This document shows, in pieces, positions 1-6,580 of a stretch of 6,580 nt of DNA. Location: assembly GCF_006345805.1 (NCBI RefSeq), contig NW_021829298.1, positions 1 to 6,580 on the forward strand, read 5' to 3'. The notes beneath the pieces are model-generated. The model did no database searches and was not told where the DNA came from. It worked only from the letters and a program-made list of their open reading frames with translations. Position numbers and translations under genes: made by a program. Source of the DNA: Octopus sinensis. Its lineage: Eukaryota. Each line of letters starts with the position of its first letter. The stretch's first letter is position 1.

Positions 1-99
1 TCGACTCCAGAATTATGAAGATCGATCTTGGTATCAATCGAGATCAAACTAGGAAAATATTTAACTAAATAGGCAAATAATATCCTACACTATTGTTTC

Positions 100-293
100 T
101 TAGAGTACTGGATAAAATGTTATGCGGCATTTGTTCCAGCTCTTTACGTTCTTAGTTCGAATCCCACTAAGGTCAACTTTGTTTTGCATCCCTCGTGGTG
201 AATTTAATAAGTACCGGTTGGGTACTGAAGCTTTATCAGTGCAATAGGCCTCCCACAAAATTTCTATCCTTGTACTTTTGTCAGAAACGATTT
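100..293 (+). mobile_element. tRNA-derived SINE, family A, copy 1 (diverged)
   Basis: Pol III B-box GTTCGAATCC at 155-164. The body aligns by eye with 1077-1200 and 6406-6500 (gttc.aat.cc...aggtc.actttg...catcc...aataagtacc.gtt...actg). The tail cctcccacaaaatttct is shared with copy 3. The 5' boundary is approximate. Confidence 0.8.
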
Positions 294-304
294 ATGGGAC
301 TGTT

Positions 305-460
305 GGATTGGCAGAAATCCCTAGTAGTATTTCTTCTGATACATTACATTCATAGTTCAAATTTTCCGGGGTCAATAAATACCAATCGAGTACTGGGGCC
401 GATGGTATTGACTAACACCAAAAATTTCTGGCCTAGCGCCAAAATTTGGAGCCATTGTCA
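305..460 (+). mobile_element. tRNA-derived SINE, family A, copy 2 (internal deletions)
   Basis: Head-like tggcagaaatcc at 309-320 and B-box-like gttcaaatt at 355-363. It then jumps directly to ccggggtcaa-taaatacca...gtactggggccgat, matching 6450-6490, so about 30 nt of body is missing. It ends in a caaaaatttctggcct tail and (tca)n. Confidence 0.7.
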
Positions 461-466
461 TCATCA

Positions 467-770
467 CTATCCGTCAAGTCCATCGTAAAGAATGCCCCCA
501 CCGCCCTCCTTTAATAAGACTTGGCTGGTAGTTTTCCACTGCCTGGTAGCTTTGATGAAAGCGGTTATATGGTGCACAAGACTGGAGGGATTGAAGGCAG
601 GAACTTTCGTCTTCGGTCAAGCCCTCAGCGTGGTTTTCAAGTTCAACTTGGAAAAGGATGTGAGGGTGGAGAGGAATGTACTCTTCTCCAGGGAATTTGT
701 CAAAGTGTAGGTGACTGTGGCGAAACTGGTTACGGTGGGTGGAACTATTCTAAGCACGCGCCTTTACGTT
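467..770 (+). mobile_element. Decayed 5'-truncated non-LTR retrotransposon fragment (probably L1/Tx1-type ORF2 C-terminus); 3' UTR probably continues to at least ~870
   Basis: Conceptual translation: LSVKSIVKNA / +1 frameshift in the C-run at 495-499 / PPPSFNKTWLVVFHCLVALMKAVIWCTRLEGLK...RVERNVLFSREFVKV*VTVAKLVTVGGTILSTRL. TAG at 708-710 sits where TGG (Trp) would be expected. The K..IW..R and RVER...WV pattern resembles L1/Tx1 ORF2 ends as I recall them. Not checked by database search. Confidence 0.6.
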
Positions 771-1021
771 GAAAAACAATTGGATGAAGTCTCGTGCTTT
801 TGGTGACCAGGATGACCTTAGACCTGTAGAGTTCCTTGATTATCCCTAGAAAAAGGCTCGCCAGTATCTTGAAGGCTGTACTATCCATGTAATCACATAA
901 TTTGCACACTGTATAATTTTGTATCATTTCTCCGGCTGTTTTGTTCCCCAACTCAATTTTATGTGAAACTTCACACAAAATGTAACCCGTCTTTGTAATA
1001 CCCCTCTCTCTCCACACACAC

Positions 1022-1227
1022 AGTGATGCCAGCAGAACACTTTGCGCATCAAACAAAATCTTCTGGTCCTTTACATTCTGAGTTCAAATCTCACCGAGGC
1101 CAAAATTACTTTTCATTTTTCGGAATCGATAAAATAAGAAGCAGCTGAGCAATGAGGTGGATGTAGCCGACTGATGCCTCCCCTAAAAATGTCTAGTCTT
1201 AAACCAAAATTCAAAAGAAATATTATT
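1022..1227 (+). mobile_element. tRNA-derived SINE, family A, copy 3
   Basis: Degenerate head gccagcagaac, then ttacattctgagttcaaatctcaccgagg with the B-box at ~1082-1092. The body is collinear with 6406-6500. Tail gcctcccctaaaaat...aagaaatattatt. Confidence 0.8.
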
Positions 1228-1621
1228 TTTATTCCATACTTTTGTTTCCATTGTGAACTTTCATTGCACAACCTAAAACAGTTGAATTGGCCTTGGGTAT
1301 GTGCAGTGTTTTAACATCAGTTTTGCGTTTCTTGGTGTACAGACATTTCTATACATAATATATATGTGTTTGTTCTCTATGTTGTTCACATTTTTAAGAG
1401 TAAGGATTTTAATTACGTATTTATCTGCATGCCTTTTAATCATACTCAAGCGACTAAATTATTGCGGTGTCACTCTCAAAAACGTTTAGGCCTGGTTCGT
1501 TAAATAAGGAACAACATAATAGTTATTATTATCATCATCCATACCTCCCAAGTCTATAGTACGAATACCACTAAAGTATTTGGGTCAGTGAGATCGGCTA
1601 CATTCTTCTCTTGCAACTGTA

Positions 1622-1658
1622 TGACACTGCGTGACCCTGAATGACCCTCGCAGTGTCA
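1622..1658. repeat. Perfect 10-bp inverted repeat enclosing a TGACCCT direct repeat
   Basis: TGACACTGCG (1622-1631) and CGCAGTGTCA (1649-1658) are exact reverse complements. The 17-nt spacer is TGACCCT-GAA-TGACCCT. Confidence 0.9.
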
Positions 1659-1817
1659 ACACTCTATATTTACAGTAAAGGGACCGCTCGGAATGTTATG
1701 CCTGCCAAGAGTGAATAAATAAAGTCGGATGGTCCAATCGATTGAAATCTTATCCCACCAAAAGTACAAACGTGGATATGTGTGTTTTCGTTTATTTATA
1801 TATGCATTATATATATA

Positions 1818-2063
1818 CCGGAGTAAACACATAAATGTTAAACAAGGTGGAAAAATAGTACTCAAATACCAGTGGTAGAGTAATATGCTTTATTTAAAGC
1901 AGCAGAAAATTCAACAAAACCTGTTACTCTGAGTTTCCCATTGCCGTTATGTCAATTCTAGAATTGACATATCTGTTCCATTCTAGCAAAAACTGTCCGA
2001 TGAACGGCAACGGGAAACTCAGAGTAAGAGGTTTTGTTGAATTTTCTGCTGCTTTAAATAAAG
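1818..2063. mobile_element. Fold-back element 1: probable inverted Penelope-like pseudo-LTR pair carrying a hammerhead motif
   Basis: Arms 1888-1948 and 2003-2063 pair at 59/61 positions with no indels (mismatches 1923/2028 and 1940/2011). Each arm ends outward in AATAAAG. Leader 1818-1887 is homologous to 5447-5509. (TA)n lies on both sides. The inverted repeat is certain; the Penelope-like assignment is inferred from the ribozyme motif. Confidence 0.7.
1988..2035 (+). ncRNA. Minimal type I hammerhead ribozyme motif (variant or degenerate)
   Basis: Stem I 5' AAAAACUGU (1988-1996); core CCGAUGA (1997-2003, U4 to C); stem II A-CG-GCAA-CG-G (2004-2013); GAAA (2014-2017); stem III ACUC-A-GAGU (2017-2025); predicted cleavage after GUA at 2026; stem I 3' AGAGGUUUU, where the other arm keeps the pairing version ACAGG. 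Confidence 0.6.
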
Positions 2064-2118
<55 letters not shown>

Positions 2119-2177
2119 TATATATAATATATATATATAATATATATAATATATATATCTATATATATATATATATA
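2064..2177. repeat. Imperfect (TA)n microsatellite
   Basis: Direct reading. Confidence 0.97.
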
Positions 2178-2310
2178 CATACACTCACAAACACAAATGT
2201 ATGTGTGTGTGTCAATAGACTGGTGTGGAGTCTGACAGTCTGGATAACCCAAGATCCGACGAAATATCACATTGTTAATTAAATTATGCATAAATAAAGA
2301 GATAAATAGA

Positions 2311-2370
2311 TTATATTATATTATATTATATTATATTATATTATATTATATTATATTATATTATATTATA
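2311..2370. repeat. (TTATA)12 pentanucleotide repeat
   Basis: Direct reading; perfect array. Confidence 0.97.
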
Positions 2371-2707
2371 TATATGCAAACGCATTTAAAACTTTCCATT
2401 GTCTACATTTGGTAATTGTGCTCATCGATTCATGAGAGCAAAACAGATTAATTCTGGTTATCAGATGTGTATAAATTGGCACTGTATATGTCTTTATCTC
2501 AGTTCATTTTACACAGGGTATATATACCCTATGTATATAGCAAAGAAAGTATTTAGACTCCCTTGTGTATATAGATGTCACTTACTATGAACCTAGCACG
2601 TGACTAGATTCAGATTTTCTCTTCCATGCAATTTCGCTTCATGTGGTTTCATGCCCTTTGGAAATTCATGAATATCAGCTCTTCACCTTTGTTTTTCTCA
2701 TTCCCCA

Positions 2708-2749
2708 ACACAGACACAGACACAGATACACACAGACACAGACACACAT

Positions 2750-2803
<54 letters not shown>

Positions 2804-2809
2804 ACACAC
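2708..2809. repeat. Compound (CA)n/(CAGACA)n microsatellite
   Basis: Direct reading. Confidence 0.95.
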
Positions 2810-2935
2810 TGCAAGATGCATGTCTTTAGATAACGGCCTCGGTCAGTGGCTTGGGAAAATGTAATTTCCGTCAGGTCAACAGGTTTCTCAACAAATAACA
2901 GAGATACTTGTGTAATTGACCTATTAACATTGGGC

Positions 2936-2974
2936 TGTTGTTGTTAGTGGTGGTGTTGGTGGTTGTGGTGGTTG
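2936..2974. repeat. Degenerate (GGT/GTT)n trinucleotide tract
   Basis: Direct reading. Confidence 0.85.
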
Positions 2975-3344
2975 CATAGTCTTCTACGCATCCTTCAAGT
3001 ATTGATTCCACTATCGCTAACTTGCAACTCATACCCGGCTCTTGGATTACGCCACCCCTCTTCACTTGCACACCTGACACACAGTCGCTTTCCACTACTA
3101 CTTCTTTGCAAAGCCTCTGTTGCAACTTATAACTGCAACTATTGGATGCAATAGCAACTGCAGAACTGTAAACAGAACACAAGTGTCAGTTCGTGTTTTG
3201 CTTGAGAGCGATTGAGACCATTGTGCCAACCGATGGCCTGGGGTGGAAAGCTGACCTTCACCTCCTTAACATCATTTCCACTTCCAAATTTTCGCCTTCT
3301 TCTCATCATCCTACATTATATGACCTTTAAATGCTGATAGTTGC

Positions 3345-3585
3345 AGCGGTGGTAGTGGTGGTGGTGAGTGTGGTTGTGATTGTACAGTGGGGGTGATAGT
3401 TGTTCTAATGGTAGCTGCTGCAGAGATAATAGAGATGTTAATTGTAAATGTGGTGGTGGTGGTGGTGGTGGTGGTGGCGGTGGCGGTGGTGGTAATGTTT
3501 GAAGTAGTAGCGAAAGTATTAATGGTGGTGTTTGTTGTGGTTGTAGTTGTAATGGTGGTCGTGAAGGCGGTTGTGGTTGTAGTGA
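3345..3585. repeat. Long degenerate (GGT/GTT/GTA)n trinucleotide region with a near-perfect (GGT)n core at 3450-3493
   Basis: Direct reading. It generates the poly-Thr, poly-Pro and poly-Val ORFs in the supplied track. Confidence 0.9.
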
Positions 3586-3854
3586 GAGATGGAAAAGAAC
3601 TTTCAAACAAACCAGAAGTTTTCATTTTTCTCTCAAACAAAATGACTCGAGGATGATGTCGTTCTACGTGAACCAGTGGTTAGTTTTAACATGTGGTACC
3701 ACACAAACTACAGCCGTCACTTAGTATGTCTTTACTTATGTATCTATGCAATCGCGGCGAGCAAGACATAGACACCTTCTCGGTCCTCCCGCAGCGGGAC
3801 ATCCAGGATGTAACGGCTGGAGGGATAGAAGGCTGCATTATCACTCAGCTGATA

Positions 3855-3997
3855 TTCATTTTTTTTAGTTGAGTTGACTGGAACAAAATGAGATGAAGCA
3901 TCTCGTTCAAGGACACAAAGTGCTGCCCAGTTAGGAATCGAACCTACCACATTATAATCGTAACTCCAACAGCCTAACCCATTGGCAACGCTTCTTC
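3855..3997 (-). mobile_element. tRNA-derived SINE, family B (unrelated body to family A); may extend 3' to ~3730
   Basis: On the minus strand: A-box-like TGCCAATGGGTTAGG (3987-3973), B-box GGTTCGATTCC (3944-3934), then tgtgtccttgaac...cttcatctca...tccagtcaactcaact...aaaaatgaat. The gtgtccttg.gca motif after a tRNA head is typical of many metazoan SINE central domains. Confidence 0.8.
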
Positions 3998-4016
3998 AGA
4001 TTATATCGCATAGTGG

Positions 4017-4051
4017 TAATAAATAAATAAATATATATATATATATATATA
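4017..4051. repeat. (AATA)n plus (TA)n microsatellite
   Basis: Direct reading. Confidence 0.92.
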
Positions 4052-4201
4052 CACGCATATACTTATGATAGCACACAGGTGATAACTTGTTATTGTGGTG
4101 TTAAATAATCTACACACCATATCGCTCTTGTGTTATACCTATGTATAATATCATACACGTGACATAGCTATATGCTATATCAAAGAAGTTAAATTATCTA
4201 T

Positions 4202-4309
<108 letters not shown>

Positions 4310-5209
4310 CACTGCTGATATAGCGACATTTATCTCAGTGTTAATATATCTGCATTGCATGTCAAGATGGTGGTATATCAACATTTCAATACTGATTTGT
4401 GAAGTTTATCCAATGGTTTTTTTAACTAATTGATGATAGTTAGTAAATGTTGCATCATTTTTGCAAACAGATGAATATGATACGGCGGTACATCATTCAG
4501 AACTCATTTATATCATTTACATCGTATTTATATTATATTGTACGTTTTACATCAAGCGACATCTAACGTCTGTTACTCTATGCTAATAGAGATGATTTGT
4601 GAAGGTTTATAAATGGTAAAGAGTGAAGACAACATTACAGAGATATCAAAGACTGATGATGGCAAATCGGATATTTCGATATAGGGAATATGCTGTAGAC
4701 GAGTTAATTCCGGCTACTATAGTATCTATTACGATAATGACAGCGGAAACCCTGAAATGAACTGTTGTTCATTATTTGATTTGGAGAAATAGCGGAAACT
4801 ATAATAGCATTTACGGTATTGATATGCAATTCTTGTAAAGCTATACACAGCATATATAGACTCATATATAGACATACATACATACATGCGTAAAACTGCA
4901 TCGATTTTTACTTATGCGTATATGAATTCATATTCTATGCGCATATATGCATACGGCTGGTATATCTCGCAAGGTGAGTAGAGGTGGTTATTGTTGAAGA
5001 TGCTATGAAGCCATTCTTCTATAGCATACCTGGCAGGTGACGAGTGCAGCAGGGTGGAATGGAGTTTTCAAATAGATTAATAAATAAGTCAAGGGGGTTA
5101 ATGAATTATTTGCAAAATTTAATTAATTTTCACAATACAATCATCTGCATTCTATTTCGATATTTATTGAGATTGTCACAGTCGTGTATCTTTGTATGTG
5201 CGTATAATG

Positions 5210-5213
<4 letters not shown>

Positions 5214-5258
<45 letters not shown>
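5214..5258. repeat. (TA)n microsatellite
   Basis: Direct reading. Confidence 0.95.
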
Positions 5259-5373
5259 CTCTACCTTGGATATACTTGTTGCTTATTTTGATTAATCACC
5301 CCATTTGATTTATATGGATAATGCCATACAAAATTCTGGTGCCTTGAACTTAAGTGCCATAGTCATCTGAATC

Positions 5374-5379
5374 TATATC

Positions 5380-5447
<68 letters not shown>
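5374..5447. repeat. Compound (TA)n-(TG)n microsatellite
   Basis: Direct reading. Confidence 0.95.
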
Positions 5448-5449
<2 letters not shown>

Positions 5450-5688
5450 CACAAAAAGGCAAAATAAGGTAGAGAAAATAGTACTCGAAGACCAAAAGTA
5501 AAATGGAACTTTATTGAAACTGAAAAGACATCACAAGCTGTTACTTAGTTTCACGTTAACCGATCGTCAGAAAATTTTATTCACGGACTGTCTGACGATC
5601 GGTGGCATTCGTGAATAAAAATGTCTGACAATCAGTTAAGATAAAACTCTAAGTAACAGCTTGTGTTGTCTTTTCAGCTTCAATAAAA
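5447..5688. mobile_element. Fold-back element 2: probable inverted Penelope-like pseudo-LTR pair, a different subfamily from element 1
   Basis: Arms 5510-5585 and 5610-5687 pair at 67/76 positions by hand count, with a 2-nt bulge at 5649-5650. Arms end outward in AATAAA. The leader shares AAAATAGTACTC (5475-5486) with element 1 (1852-1863). (TG)n lies on both sides. Confidence 0.7.
5537..5574 (-). ncRNA. Minimal type I hammerhead ribozyme motif with intact catalytic core
   Basis: Minus strand reads UUUU-CUGACGA-U-CG-GUUAA-CG-U-GAAA-CUAAGUA/ACAGC. Core at 5570-5564, GAAA at 5552-5549, stem III ACU-A-AGU, predicted cleavage between 5542 and 5541. Stem I is weakened: UUUU instead of the CUGU that would pair with ACAG. 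Confidence 0.65.
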
Positions 5689-5880
5689 TGTGTGTGTGTG
5701 TGTGTGTGTGTGTGATGTATACGCACAAACACACACTAAAAGAGAGAGAGAGACAAATGCTCAAAGATGCTCATATATATATATTTCTTTATAAGATACT
5801 CATATATATACTCACAAGCGTACATATCTGCACAGACACACAGATACACGCATGCGTGTGCACACACACAGTCATACACA
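5689..5880. repeat. (TG)13 followed by degenerate CA/GA/TA low-complexity sequence
   Basis: Direct reading; perfect TG at 5689-5714. Confidence 0.85.
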
Positions 5881-6405
5881 TTGGCATTCTCTCAAAGATA
5901 AGGCTAAATGACATTGTCCGAGAATGTCCTATCTCCACGTGACTAGTCTGCGTCTTTTATTAACTTTTAGCTGAAAAATCATAACTGCATCCTCAAGGGG
6001 AAGCGGTTCTTAACGTGTTCAGCGCTGATGTGTGGGCGCCGTCGTATTGGTCTAACACGATTCTATAAATAGCGTGGGCAGGAAAGCTGCAATGTGTTCT
6101 GGCTTTGCGGTTACTGCTGCTGCAACCGCAAAATTCGACTTTTGTTATTTTCTTGCAGGTCACACTTGATTAGCAGACCTATGAGCAAAAGTACTCCTGT
6201 CTTGTGCATCAGGAATTGTGTTTCAATGAGGTTTTCGTTAAGACTGCGTGGTATGGTTTTGACTGTTATTTCTAACAAATCAAGTGACCACGTACAGGCT
6301 ACCCCCGTTGGGTCGCGGCTCTTTAGTCATTGCTGCTTTAGTCGCTGCTATTGTAATTGTGATGATGGCCCGGCCCCTCCTAACTGTAAGCAGGTATTGC
6401 TCCGT

Positions 6406-6562
6406 TCTGAGTTCAAATTCCGCCGAGGTCGACTTTGCCTTTCATCCTTTCGGGGTCGATTAAATAAGTACCAGTTACGCACTGGGGTCGATGTATCGAC
6501 TTAATACCTATGTCTGTCCGTTGTCCCCTCTGTGTTTAGCCCCTTGTGGGTAATAAAGAAAT
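6406..6562 (+). mobile_element. tRNA-derived SINE, family A, copy 4: 5'-truncated, alternative 3' tail, flanked by a 14-bp direct repeat (probable TSD)
   Basis: It begins at tctgagttcaaattccgccgaggtcgac (B-box retained, no head), keeps many CpGs, and ends ...gtgggtaataaagaaat. AGGTATTGCTCCGT occurs at 6392-6405 and 6563-6576. Confidence 0.9.
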
Positions 6563-6580
6563 AGGTATTGCTCCGTGGCT

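Noticed and set aside
1-45. Possible minus-strand fragment of SINE family A (tcgactccagaa...atgaag...tcgatcttgg)
   Set aside because: Too short, too diverged and cut by the window edge.
195-488. 97-aa + strand ORF
   Set aside because: It runs across two SINE copies, so it is a chance open frame.
521-772. 83-aa + ORF, and the 745-1056 minus ORF
   Set aside because: These are alternative or antisense frames over the LINE remnant; the LINE-like peptide is in the 492 frame.
1465-1540. Possible eroded SINE tail followed by (att/atc)n
   Set aside because: Similarity is too weak to support by eye.
1924-2291. YI-repeat ORFs; likewise the HT, YI and CV repeat ORFs at 2626-2864, 4200-4433, 5044-5295 and 5661-5942
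   Set aside because: Dinucleotide microsatellites lack stop codons, so these are read-through artefacts.
2311-2370. CRISPR-like or other prokaryotic arrays
   Set aside because: All arrays are spacerless microsatellites in clearly eukaryotic DNA.
2515-2530. 16-bp palindrome AGGGTATATATACCCT; also 4920-4933 ATATGAATTCATAT
   Set aside because: They are built largely on TA repeats, which are self-complementary, so they are expected in this composition.
4073-4145. Possible pre-miRNA-like hairpin
   Set aside because: The outer and inner stems pair, but the middle has a large unpaired region, which does not fit a Drosha/Dicer substrate.
4741-4800. AGCGGAAAC twice plus a 7-bp hairpin, a possible ribozyme-like arrangement
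   Set aside because: No CUGANGA core in the right position, and the matches are short enough to be chance.
4971-4979. Consensus splice donor AAG/GTGAGT
   Set aside because: No convincing upstream exon or acceptor; the preceding sequence is low complexity.
5257-5266. TACTCTACC matching the reverse complement of the element 1 leader
   Set aside because: Only 9 nt next to a TA run; not enough to call a third element.
6094-6504. 136-aa + ORF
   Set aside because: It has no recognisable domain and its C-terminal part is SINE sequence.

Overview
This is AT-rich, microsatellite-dense eukaryotic non-coding DNA. It looks like an octopodid cephalopod intron or intergenic region; that call rests on my recall of the repeat families, not a search. 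No credible intact protein-coding gene is present. The supplied ORFs are microsatellite read-throughs, SINE overlaps, or one decayed LINE ORF2 C-terminus (~467-770). The window holds four copies of one tRNA-derived SINE family, one copy with a 14-bp target-site duplication and a different tail, plus one copy of a second SINE family. The most interesting content is two divergent ~245-bp fold-back elements (1818-2063 and 5447-5688) with the same build: a conserved leader, long inverted arms ending in AATAAA, and the same dinucleotide microsatellite on both sides. Their arms carry minimal type I hammerhead ribozyme motifs (CUGANGA, short stem II, GAAA, palindromic stem III, GUA cleavage site), as known from Penelope-like element pseudo-LTRs. 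Each ribozyme copy here has at least one defect, so activity is unproven.
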